A stretch of DNA of 64,000 nt from Marsupella aquatica (taxonomy: Eukaryota > Plantae > Marchantiophyta). Below are positions 1 to 10,415 of the stretch, piece by piece. Every line of letters begins with the position of its first letter. Within the stretch, counting starts at the first letter, position 1. The position numbers and the translations under genes were made by a program. The notes under the pieces were generated by a model, which searched no databases, was not told the DNA's origin, and saw only the letters and a list, made by a program, of their open reading frames with translations. The DNA lies in assembly GCA_973895155.1 (NCBI GenBank), contig OZ316896.1, positions 18,402,754 to 18,466,753 of the forward strand. The letters run 5' to 3'.

Positions 1-860
1 GGACACATATCATCCTCTGGATGCAAGACAAAGTTTGAAGTCGACCCTGACATTGGTTTTGATTTCGCAACCTTTGCCTTCTTTGTCTGCTTTTTTTGGG
101 GGCCCTCATTATCTTCATTTTTTTTAGCCATCTTCTTATGGCGTGAACTCCCAGATTGTTTCTCTTGTTGAACAACCGGCTCTTGAAGCTTTCGTTTCTT
201 CTCTGTCTTTGATTGCGCACTTCTTTCCACTGTCTTCTTTCTCTCCTTTGCCTTATGCTTTGCTTCTTTTTTCTTCATCTCTGAAATCCACGTCCGGCAC
301 GCGGCCTCTTGAAACTCTGGACAAAAAATGAAACTCTTGTCGATTGCTTGCTTGTATGAAAAATGTGCCTTATCAATCATCCTTTGAACTATCCAAGTAG
401 ACGGAGGGTCCACACTGTCCGCATTGTCATGCATGTGCTTCTTTACGTAGAGAAATCCAAACACTAGGTCAACTCCACTTATTTGAGAACGCGTCTTCTC
501 AAACATCTGATCAATTGTTACTCCATCTGGGAAGAATCCCATATCAGCTACGCTTATCTCCAATCGAGCCATCCACTCAACATTCAGTAAAGTCGAGTAG
601 AGTTTTATTGGCACTAGAAGTCTCATCCACTGAGATTTCTCATTGGACTCAACAATAATCGTTGCATTGCGGTTGTTGTCCGTGTTCACAAGGACGACTA
701 GACCTAGAGTAACAATTGTCTTGCGGTCATTCAATTGACTTGTGAGGCCCTTGAAACAAATCAAGAGACTGTCTTCCGCCGACACCCCAACTTCTAGTGC
801 CCATCTAAATCCTGGAGTATCTTGGTCAGGGAAAACAAAGTCCTTGATATCCTCGTCCAT
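1..860 (-). CDS. Partial ORF (>286 aa, runs off the left edge), unknown function, Lys-rich C-terminal part; probably transposon-associated
   Basis: Manual translation from ATG at 860: MDEDIKDFVFPDQDTPGFRWALEVGV...CPEFQEAACRTWISEMKKKEAKHKAKERKK..., with no stop before position 1. Absent from the ORF track because it has no stop in the window. Confidence 0.55.
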   Translation of the reverse strand, partial: MDEDIKDFVFPDQDTPGFRWALEVGVSAEDSLLICFKGLTSQLNDRKTIVTLGLVVLVNTDNNRNATIIVESNEKSQWMRLLVPIKLYSTLLNVEWMARLEISVADMGFFPDGVTIDQMFEKTRSQISGVDLVFGFLYVKKHMHDNADSVDPPSTWIVQRMIDKAHFSYKQAIDKSFIFCPEFQEAACRTWISEMKKKEAKHKAKERKKTVERSAQSKTEKKRKLQEPVVQQEKQSGSSRHKKMAKKNEDNEGPQKKQTKKAKVAKSKPMSGSTSNFVLHPEDDMC

Positions 861-964
861 AATATTTAACTCCGGCTTCTCAAGATTTTTTCCTGGTAAG
901 AAACATTGAAAACAAAATGGTCAGCATCATATTTTTAACATTGACATGTGGAAAACTTTCAAGG

Positions 965-1570
965 TGCCTTGCCCTTGGGGCGAGGCGACAAATAGAAGAT
1001 TGCAAAATCTTCTTTGCTCCTAGTGCAATTAGCCCTGCCACCTCATCCAAGAAATCAAACATTATTTAGGAATGCAGACGACATCGCCTCGCCCCAAGGG
1101 CGAGGCAACTTCTAGGAAAGCAAACAACATTTAGGAATGCAGAAAACATCGCCTCGCCCCAAGGGCGAGGCAACTTCTGGAAAGCAGACAACATTTAGGA
1201 ATGCAGAGGACATCGCCTCGCCCCAAGGGCGAGGCAACTTCTGGGAAAGCAGACAACATTTAGGAATGTAGAGGACATCGCCTCGCCCCAAGGGCGAGGC
1301 AACTTCTGGGAATGCAGACTACATTTGAGGAATGCAGACGACATCGCCTCGCCCCAAGAGCGAGGCAAAAAATAGAATATAGCTAAAGATCCTTTATTAA
1401 TGTAAGATACAAGGTCCAATACGCCTTCGGAGCAACAAGAAATCTAGAATGAAGTAGACGTCGCCTCGACCTTGGGGCGAGGCGACTGCAAAGGAATATA
1501 GAAATTTTCCTAATAAGAAGTTTGAAATCCAAATTAAAGTAAAGTTGCCTCGCCCTAAGGGCGAGGCAAG
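965..1570. repeat. Tandem ~65-bp repeat array with palindromic core GCCTCGCCC-CAA-GGGCGAGGC
   Basis: About five tandem units at ~1065-1370, further or inverted cores near 965, 1461 and 1546, and degenerate AGAGCGAGGC half-sites to ~1965. Confidence 0.85.
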
Positions 1571-2842
1571 AAGTTGAAGCAGGTGGTGCCTTACGTGGAA
1601 AAGTTAACTGGGCTTTCTTTGACGCCTCCAACGCATTGTTAACCAATTTTTGGACATCCGGGTCTTCAGGGTCATATTCATACAGAGAGTTATAATTGAA
1701 GTTCAATGACTCTTGAGAACTGGCGGAGGTGGTGGAAGCTTCAGAACTGGAGGAAGTAGACATTGTAAGGGGCGAGTGAGATTTAAGATGACACATGGCA
1801 GCAATGGAGAATGCCATAGGCTGCAAGAGGGCACTAACAGGCAAACAATGATCGAGGGAGCGACCCAAAAGGGAAGGGAGCAAGGCGGAAATAAAAGCCT
1901 TAGAGCGAGGCGGAAAACAAATCCCAAGAGCGAGGCAAAAACAGAAGCCCTAGAGCGAGGCAAGAGGGAGGCAAGGAGTGAGGAGACGAGAGAGGAGGCA
2001 AGAGGGAGGCAAGGAAATGAGGCCTCAAGCGCAAGGCCTGCCTTCCTATACCCCCTGCGAGCGAGGAGTCCGAGGAGGCAAGGATCCAAGAGGGTACGGA
2101 GGCATCAATGCGCGCCAATGATGGAGACCCTCCTCGGTGCATGTGATCGTGAGTCACCGATGGTGTGACCACTCACGACCACTCGCGACTCACCTACCAA
2201 TTTTAAACTTCCGAGCTGTCAGCGGTGTGTGCTCGCAACTCACCTATCACTCGTGAGTGATTGGCTGACACCCTATCCGATGTCTACTTGTGTGCTGGGT
2301 GCGTGCCTCATCCACCCGTGCCCGATCTGTTGGTGTCCACTCGTGTGCTGGGTAATATGTGGGCTTTTTGCCTCTCAAACTGAGTATAGACCTCCCACAA
2401 TCCATTTTTTGGTTCATTGTCATTTAGACAGTGATTGGTACGATCACTGACTCTCCTCTGTCCGAGTGCCTTGTTTAGGTCCGCATGGTTGAATGCAAGG
2501 TTTAGTAAGGGCACTGGTGAGCATTGTGGTGCTAAGAGTTACAATGCTGGCATCCAAGGTACCCATTTAGCTTGTACAAGGGTGGACAGAGATATATTGC
2601 GGAGCAGGTTAGTGATTTTATTTATTTATCTTAGAAGTACTAGCTCAACTACATCTAATTCAATACCTTTAAGCCAAACCTAGATTAAGATTTACACATT
2701 AGGTTCTAGATCATATATTTTACTCATTCTAGACCTTTATCCACAGTCTAGCATGTGTAGAACTTATTGTACCCCTTTATGTGATTACTAACATAGTTTC
2801 TAGAAGTGGGTCGGAATTATTTCGTTAAGAATAATTAAGAAT

Positions 2843-3476
2843 AAAGCAGTTAAGAACCTTGCTGACAGGAAGGAGGAAAAGAAGGAAACTACCTTTTGTG
2901 GAGGCCTTGAGACTAGAATGGGAAGATAAAGGACCTCCGGAAATTGAAGTTCAGGTCATGGGGTGTGTAATACCCGCAGTACCAGTAGACGGAGGATCGA
3001 GTGTGAACATCATGACCGAGGAAACAGCATCCAACATTGGCATCCATAAGTTTGAAAAGACCTTACAAATACTACGCATGGCCGATCAATCCAGAGTAGT
3101 GCCAGTAGGAAAACTTATTGGGATCGACACAATTATTGGGGGCCTGACTTTCCCCTTAGATTTTGTAGTTCTCCGACCTGAAGTTCCCTCCTCCTATCCT
3201 TTGCTATTAGGGAGACCCTGGTTATATAAGGCCAAGGTCAAGGTTGATTGGCACCAACGACAGATGTCCTTTGGGACACCCCGAGTCACTATCAGTTGGA
3301 TGGATGAACCACATATGGGCGAAACCCAATCAGATGATGGGTACACTTCTGACTTCTCAGATTCTACTCTCCTTATCAAAGCTCCCAAGTTTGAATCTCT
3401 AGAAGTCGGATATCTTGATATCATGGAGGTCGAGGGTGACACACCAAGTGAAGGGACTCACCCACCAGTCTCCTGA
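2843..3476 (+). pseudogene. 3' remnant of family A gag-protease (copy 1), aspartic protease domain only
   Basis: VPVDGGSSVNIM...LLLGRPWL. Matches 28233-28866 except for a substitution (LPF vs LPS); upstream gag is missing. Confidence 0.9.
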
Positions 3477-6395
3477 CATGAGGAGAGGGCAGAGGAAGAC
3501 ACCCGGATGGGCGGAAATCAAGATATAAGGAAGGCGCTTACCTGGGATGACATTTCACCAAACGAAACAGATGGAATTGTCGATCTCCGAAAATGTCAGA
3601 AGATTGAGATCGAACCCGGAAAATTTTTAAATATCAGTAATCATATTGAAGGAGAGTTAAGGGAAAAATATATTGATTTGCTTACTCAGTATAAGGATGT
3701 ATTTGCCTGGAGCCATAAAGACTTAAAAGGGATACCACCTCACTTAGGAGAGCACAGGATTGACTTAACTGAAGGAGCAGTTCCAGTAAGGCAAAGACAA
3801 TATCGTTTGAACCCAAAATATTCTATGCTTGTCAAAGAGGAACTTGATAAGTTGACCGCTACTGGTTTTATTTACCCAGTCCTTAGCAGTGAGTGGGTTT
3901 CACCCATTGTAATTGTTCCAAAGAAACCCGGACCAGATGGGAAGCCAAAAATCCGAGTATGTCAAGATTTCAGGAAGCTGAATGCTGCTACTAGAAAAGA
4001 TCACTACCCCTTACCATTCATAGACCTTGTGTTGGATATGGTTGCTCTTCATGAACTTTATAGTTTCCTAGATGGATACTCCGGCTACAACCAGGTGTCA
4101 ATCCGTGAGGAGGACAGAGACAAAACCACCTTCACTACGGATTGGGGAACGTATGCTTTTCGAGTTATGCCCTTTGGCCTGTGTAATGCACCTGGAACTT
4201 TCCAAAGGATTATGATGATTATTTTTCAGGATTTTCTCAGAAAATTCCTGGAAATCTTTATAGATGATTTTTGTGTTTATGGATCAGCCACCCAACACCT
4301 GGATCACTTAAGACAAACGTTCCAACGCTGTAGGGAATCACAGTTGTGTCTACATCCTGAGAAATGTTTCATTGGTATGAAGGAAGGTATTATGTTAGGA
4401 CATGTTATCTCCCAAAGAGGAATCGAAGTGGATGCAGAGAAAGTTCGAATTATTCTGGCATTACAACCCCCTGGAAATTTGAAGGCGTTGCGAGGCTTCC
4501 TAGGCTATGTGGGGTATTATAGAAGATTTATACGGAAGTATGCTGACCTTGCCATGCCTTTAACCCAGCTCCTTAAGAAGGACGTAGCATATGTATGGAC
4601 TGCAGCAAGGCAAACAGCCTTTGAAGTTTTAAAAACCAAACTAACTGTTGCGCCCATTCTACAACCGCCGGATTGGCAGAAACCTTTTCATGTCTATATT
4701 GATGCCTCAGCTTTTTGTGTGGGCGCTGCCTTAAGTCAACTGGATGATGAGAAGAAAGACCACCCTATATATTATGCCAGTAGGCAAATGAATAGTGCTG
4801 AAAAGAATTATACGGTCACAGAGAGGGAGGCCTTAGCAGTCATTTTCTCTTGTAAAAAGTTCCGGCACTATCTTCTGGGTTATAAAACTATTTTCCACAC
4901 GGATCATTCTTCTTTAAAATACCTAGTGAATCAGGCAGATTTAAGTGGGCGCATTGCTAGGTGGGTACTTCTTTTACAAGAATATGATTATGAGGTACAA
5001 GTTCGAGCCGGGAAACACCATGAGAATGCAGATTTCCTATCACGATTGCCTGGAGCTCCTAGTGCCGAACCTTTGTCTGATCAATTTCCGGACGAACAGC
5101 TATGGCATTTGGAAGGAGAAGAATCAAGGTACTTTGACATTGTTCAGATGCTTACTCACGGAATTTATCCACCAGGGTTGAATGCAGAAGAAAAAGCTGT
5201 TTTCCTCTACAAAGTAGGACCATATACTATTGTGAGGGGTGTTCTATTTAAATTATTGCCAAATCAGAGACTTCACCGTTGCTTGGAAGCTCAAGAAGTT
5301 CCAAAGGTCATTTCAGCCTTACACACTGAAGCCTCCGGTGGACACTATGCCGTAAATACAACTGTTAAGAAAATTAAGGACGCTGGATTTTGGTGGCCTA
5401 CCATGCATAAGGACACTTATAACTACATTCAAAGCTGTGACCCTTGTCAGCGAATAGGGAAGCCTACTGCAACATCAAAATGGCCTCTAACACCCATTTT
5501 GCCTCTAGCTCCATTTGAGAAATGGGGGATAGACTTTATTGGCCCCATTTCCCCTGCTGCTAGACGAAGTAGAAGCAGATATATCATTCTTGCTACGGAC
5601 TACCTCACCAAATGGGTGGAGGCTAAGCATACTAGGAAGAATGACGCTGCCACAGCCGCCAATTTCTTATTTGAAAACATTATTACCCGGTATGGCTGTC
5701 CCTTGGAATTGGTAAGTGATCGAGGCCTGCACTTCCTTAATGAGACAATTGAGCTCATCACTGAGAAATATCTGATTAAGCATCGAAAGACCACCCCTTA
5801 TAATCCCCGAGCTAACGGATTGACTGAAAGAGCTAATGGGTTAATGGGCAAAATATTGAATAAAATGGTGGAAGCACATAAAACGGATTGGGACATCAAA
5901 CTCCACTCTGCTTTATGGGCTTACAGAACTGCAGAAAAGATTACTACCTTGAGAACGCCCTTCTACTTAACTTTTGGTATGCATAGTGTTACCCCCATTG
6001 AATTTGAACTACCTACTGAACGGCTTCTGATCTCTGAGAGGTTACCTGAACTTGATAGTTTCCACACTAGGTTGGAAGTTCTGGATGAATTAGAAGAACA
6101 TAGACTTCTAGCGTTACAGCATACCATACAACAACAGGATAAACGGAAGATGGCCTATGATAAGAGGTTAAAAATACCGACACTACAGCCAGGAGATTTG
6201 GCGCTTGTGTATGACTCTAGGTATATGTTCTTCCCTGGGAAGCTTCACACTCACTGGATCGGCCCTTACAGAGTTGTTACCGTATGGCCTAATGGGTCTT
6301 TAACTTTGGAAACCCTGAATGGAGAACCTCTTGATACCAGAATCAATGGATCCAGAGTGAAGAAATATTATATACCCCACTCTAATGGCTTGTGA
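3477..6395 (+). CDS. Family A pol (RT-RNase H-integrase), copy 1, intact; in frame with gag-PR across a TGA
   Basis: RT motifs FLDGYSGYNQ, MPFGLCNAP, FIDD; RNase H YIDAS...ERE...TDH; integrase H..GGH..C..C, WGIDF, SDRG, NGLTER, WIGPY. First ATG at 3507. Confidence 0.93.
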   Translation, partial: HEERAEEDTRMGGNQDIRKALTWDDISPNETDGIVDLRKCQKIEIEPGKFLNISNHIEGELREKYIDLLTQYKDVFAWSHKDLKGIPPHLGEHRIDLTEGAVPVRQRQYRLNPKYSMLVKEELDKLTATGFIYPVLSSEWVSPIVIVPKKPGPDGKPKIRVCQDFRKLNAATRKDHYPLPFIDLVLDMVALHELYSFLDGYSGYNQVSIREEDRDKTTFTTDWGTYAFRVMPFGLCNAPGTFQRIMMIIFQDFLRKFLEIFIDDFCVYGSATQHLDHLRQTFQRCRESQLCLHPEKCFIGMKEGIMLGHVISQRGIEVDAEKVRIILALQPPGNLKALRGFLGYVGYYRRFIRKYADLAMPLTQLLKKDVAYVWTAARQTAFEVLKTKLTVAPILQPPDWQKPFHVYIDASAFCVGAALSQLDDEKKDHPIYYASRQMNSAEKNYTVTEREALAVIFSCKKFRHYLLGYKTIFHTDHSSLKYLVNQADLSGRIARWVLLLQEYDYEVQVRAGKHHENADFLSRLPGAPSAEPLSDQFPDEQLWHLEGEESRYFDIVQMLTHGIYPPGLNAEEKAVFLYKVGPYTIVRGVLFKLLPNQRLHRCLEAQEVPKVISALHTEASGGHYAVNTTVKKIKDAGFWWPTMHKDTYNYIQSCDPCQRIGKPTATSKWPLTPILPLAPFEKWGIDFIGPISPAARRSRSRYIILATDYLTKWVEAKHTRKNDAATAANFLFENIITRYGCPLELVSDRGLHFLNETIELITEKYLIKHRKTTPYNPRANGLTERANGLMGKILNKMVEAHKTDWDIKLHSALWAYRTAEKITTLRTPFYLTFGMHSVTPIEFELPTERLLISERLPELDSFHTRLEVLDELEEHRLLALQHTIQQQDKRKMAYDKRLKIPTLQPGDLALVYDSRYMFFPGKLHTHWIGPYRVVTVWPNGSLTLETLNGEPLDTRINGSRVKKYYIPHSNGL

Positions 6396-6407
6396 GGGCA
6401 CGGCGCC

Positions 6408-6424
6408 GTTTGAGGAGAGGGCTA
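6408..6424 (+). promoter_or_regulatory. Polypurine tract of family A (also ~31799-31815 and ~43974-43990)
   Basis: TTTGAGGAGAGGGCTA directly followed by TGTAG, the same GAGGGCTA|TGT junction as the verified 3' LTR of family B. Confidence 0.75.
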
Positions 6425-8611
6425 TGTAGATAGGCAGTAATTCCAAAGTCATGAAGAAAACCGGAAAATTTTTAAATTTTTGAAGTAGTTAAACTATATT
6501 TGCTGATAACTCGAGTAAACTAAACTCTGCCGAAGATTAAGAGTTTAAGAGTTGAAGAGTTGAAGTGTTTAAGAGTTTACGGGTTTACGAGTAAACCCTA
6601 CTTTAATAGTTGAAGAGTTGAAGAGTTGAAGTGTTTAATAGTTTAAGAGTTTAAGGGTTTACGAGTAAACCCTACTTTAAGACTTTACGACTTTAAGAGT
6701 TGCGACTTGCGAACTGGCGAGCCCCGCGATTGTGACAGGCTACGGCTAACTCCAACGGGACTTTGCAACAAAACGAGGAGCAGGCCTTGAAGGGGGAGGA
6801 ATCCAGAACATAGGCGCTCACTCCTGACTTCTCTTCCGCTGCATTTTTCATCGCTCTCGACTCCAAACAATTCTTCGCGCAGCTCAGTGAGCAGAATTTG
6901 AGCTATGGCTGACTTGGACGCTGATGCACAGTATCGTGTTCAAACTCTGGCAATTCCTAAGAGTGTGGTCGCTCGAATTCCTTTGGCGCCCGACAGTTGT
7001 GAAAATTTGAGAACATCGTTACAGCAGCTCGGATTGGAACATCTACTCGCAATCCCTTGGAATGTGGAGCTCGACTCTTATTTATAGGATTTTGTGAGAG
7101 GATCACTGATTGCCCCTGAATTTCGACAAACCATTCGAGCTCGGCCAAGTTTATGGACAGTTGAGCAAGTAGCTCATGCCTTCCGCTGCCCCTTAGATGG
7201 AGAAGGATTATATTCAAAGAAAAAAGATTTGTCCACTCCTTACTTTTCAGGGATTCGCCATCCTACCAATGGCTGGAATGTGACACAATGTACCTATCCG
7301 GATTTGAGGATTCTTTTAGAATTTCTAGTGCCCATTCTCCATCCGAAGAGACCAACTATCTGCCCTGTGGCATTGGCGAATACTATCGTAGCTTCTCACA
7401 GTGGAGCTATCCAAGTAAATTGGGCGTTGTTACTTTTCAATGTGATGCACGATCAGGTGAGAAGTATGAAGGCAGGCAGACCTACTTGTCTACAAGTCTA
7501 TCTATCTCAGCTGTATCAAGCACATGACTGTTTACATCCAGAGGAGAAAACAGAAAGGGGATTACTTCTGATCGAGTTGGACATTGAGAAAGAAATTAGT
7601 GTAGCAGAATCAGAACAGGACATTCTGCTGAATTCCACTGATCAGGATGTTAATATGGACATCGATGTTAATATGGAGGATGTCTCGATAGGTGGTTCGG
7701 AATTTCCCCCTGAACACAACATGGAGGTCATTTTATACTCTCCAAGAGAAATCAGTGGAGCAGATCAACTTGAAGCTGAAGGAGACGAGATTTTTCCTGA
7801 GCAACAAGAAGTCGTTGTTGAACCAACTATTACTGCCATACGAGGAGTCACCATGCCCCCTTTTTCGAAAGCAGAGTCAAATCAGCAGCTTATTGATAAG
7901 TTAATCTCTCTCTTCGGTTGCAGTGATGTTGAACTCTACGATGTTGTCTGTGATTTGAGATCCGAGGCAGTTAGCTTATCCTCTCCATTTCCAGATCAGC
8001 TAACCCCTGTCAGGATCGCTTCTCCCATTGAGAGGTCAGCACCAGAAGAATTTGTTGCTCTCACTCCTACTGTCCCACAGAATCTACCTCCAGAGCCAAG
8101 TGAACCTGTCTCAAGGATAGGAAACACAAGTTGTGTTGCAATTGTAACTGACCTACTGGAATTGCTTCAGTGTGAACCTGAGGAGATAATCTCTGTGGTT
8201 AGTGACTTAATTCCGAAGTACATAGAATTCAAAGGCCCTTCCAACCCGGGTGACTGCATTTATAGTCCAGATTCCAATTATGAACCAACCGAGGGACCTA
8301 TTTATACCCAACCACAGTATGAACATCCTTCTGTTAGACAGGATCTTCCTGAGGATTCTGATCCACCCTCTGATTTTGATTCCATCCGATCTTATGACAA
8401 CTCTGTCGAGTCGTCACCAAGGCAAGGATTTGAGGATGTTGACACTACCTTAAGATCTGATCCAAATTTAGTGGCAGTTGTCACCTCCTCTACTCAAACA
8501 CCCCGGTATTCTGTCATTGAGAAAAGATATACACGACATCCAGAGTCTCAAGTGCAGAGGTACGTGGAGACTTGTAAGATAATGCAGGCCAACAGACCCC
8601 CAATTGGAGAG

Positions 8612-10002
8612 TGTGGTATGGGTGTCCCTGCAATTTTTTCTGGAAACTTGTTTATTTTTAGCATATCACAAGATTTACTTACACTTTAGACACCTTCCGG
8701 CCAACATTTACTTGTTCTGGACACTTATAGAAATATTTGACATCTCCGGCTTTCCTGACGATTCCTAGTGTACTTTGCCCGACGCTGTGACCAGCGCCCG
8801 TTTCTTTTACTCAAGACGCTGCGGAAGCGTCCAACCTCCTCATGACGCTTTTGGCAGTGCCCGACCGCCACCAAGACTCTATGAGGATTTCGACCGACGC
8901 TGTGGAAAGCGTCAGCTTCAACACACGACGCTGTGAGCAGCGTCCACCCTAGTATTGACGCTGTGAGCAGTGTGAGCAGCGTCCGTTGGTTTTACTTAAG
9001 ACGCTTCTAGCAGCGTCCAGATTCTCCCGACGCTTCTAGCAGCGTCCGCTCAACACTTAGTTTTTGAAGTAGATTACTAGTAAAGTAGTATTCTACCACC
9101 CTTGTTGAAGTACTTATGCTGTGCTTCTCCCTTGTTTAGTTTTAAGCTTGGAAAGGCACGACTGTTCTTACCTCCTCCATTTTAGGATTCCAGCACTTAT
9201 AAGACAGAGTAGAATGCTCATTTGAAGTAGAGAGAAATAGAGTTAATACTGTATTCAGAATTGAGTCTTCTGAATAGTTTTCTCCTCCTTCCATTGTAAC
9301 AAGGCATGCTGTGAGTGTTTTGTATGGAAGTAAAGCTATATTGATTGAAGTTAAGATTGAATTCAAGAGATTCCTGTGGTGATTGAATTCAGTTGCAGAT
9401 TTCTGAAACTCGTATTGAATTCACTGCTAGGCTTGCTTGCAGAGTCGGGATTCGCTAGCCAATTCAAGAATAGTTAATGATAAATGAGAAGTAAATTCTG
9501 ATTCTCAGAGTAGTTAGTACTGTTGCTTTGATTCTGGAATATGGTTTAGAGTTTGACTGAATTGCGTATCGCTGATGTCAAACCATGTTGACGGCATTTT
9601 AAATCATATCATTCATTTGCAATCAGAAAGCTTCTGCTTCATCAGATTGAGAATTCCATTATCATTAACCTTTGTGTTTTGAAGAGTGAGATGGATGAAT
9701 TATGAGATAGATTTCATGTCTATACTGAGCCCAAATCCTTTCTGAAGGAGTGGCAGTAGCAGCTTGTAGTCTCTAAATCCTTACTCATTTCTTCTCTAAT
9801 TCATAAATCAGAAGTTCAGTTACTTTGTTGTTTGTTTATTCGATTTTTTTTATTGAGAAGTGAAGTCAACATAGAGCTCAAGACTCTAAATCACTCGGAG
9901 TGATAAAAGTTATACAATTCATTCTGAAATCTGTTCTTAAAGGGATCGAAACCCTGGTTTTAGGTGAGGAGAGTCACTTTTGATACTTAGCACTATACGA
10001 CA
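8612..10002 (+). repeat. 5' LTR of element B (1,391 bp)
   Basis: TGTGGTATGG...CTATACGACA; direct repeat of 20432-21822 with no differences seen by eye. Confidence 0.96.
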
Positions 10003-10008
10003 TCTTTT

Positions 10009-10026
10009 TGGCGCCGCTGCCGGGGA
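10009..10026 (+). promoter_or_regulatory. Primer-binding site, tRNA-Asp type (element B)
   Basis: TGGCGCCGCTGCCGGGGA, one mismatch from the Athila tRNA-Asp PBS TGGCGCCGTTGCCGGGGA; 6-nt spacer after the LTR. Confidence 0.88.
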
Positions 10027-10140
10027 ACGAATTTAAGATTGAATTGACGTACAGGCAGTGTATGCCAGAAGGAGCTAGACGGGAGAGGAATTCACGTTCT
10101 ACTATAATTGTGAAGATGCGTCATCACTCCAGTTAAAAAG

Positions 10141-10347
10141 ATGAAGAGCTTCCATTTCGAGGTGATGCCGTACTCTATCCAAAGCGCCCCGGAAGCTCTC
10201 TTAAGAGTATTGGAAAAATTTGTGGTGCCAAACTTAAGAGAAGAAACCGCCCTCCCACCAGAAAAGGCCTCACAGAGAGGAGCTGTTGCTCGTCAAGTTG
10301 CTTTGGAGATAGTCGAAGACACCAAAGACACTTTGAGTGACAAGTGA
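10141..10347 (+). CDS. Small leader ORF (68 aa) of element B, unknown function
   Basis: ATG ORF with weak positional and sequence similarity (YSIQSAPEAL vs FTMENAPEAF) to the family A ORF at 23840-24007. Confidence 0.3.
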   Translation: MKSFHFEVMPYSIQSAPEALLRVLEKFVVPNLREETALPPEKASQRGAVARQVALEIVEDTKDTLSDK

Positions 10348-10415
10348 AGTTATTCTAACGTTGCTCGGGACGTATGATTTGTAAAATTGTCCAACCATCC
10401 TGGTTCGTGTGACCG

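Noticed and set aside
1065-1370. CRISPR-like array of palindromic repeats
   Set aside because: The intervening sequences are near-identical rather than unique spacers, no cas genes are present, and the context is eukaryotic.
1383-2172. Several overlapping 90-166 aa ORFs
   Set aside because: They overlap GC-rich repeats and show no recognisable domain. The segment MSTSSSSEAS...YDPEDPDV could be an upstream exon but cannot be supported.
6594-6601. Telo-box or telomeric AAACCCTA motifs in family A
   Set aside because: Isolated copies embedded in the family repeat; not a telomeric tract.
9142-9366. 74-aa antisense ORF in the B LTRs (also 20962-21186)
   Set aside because: It recurs only because the LTR is duplicated; non-ATG start and no counterpart in family A.
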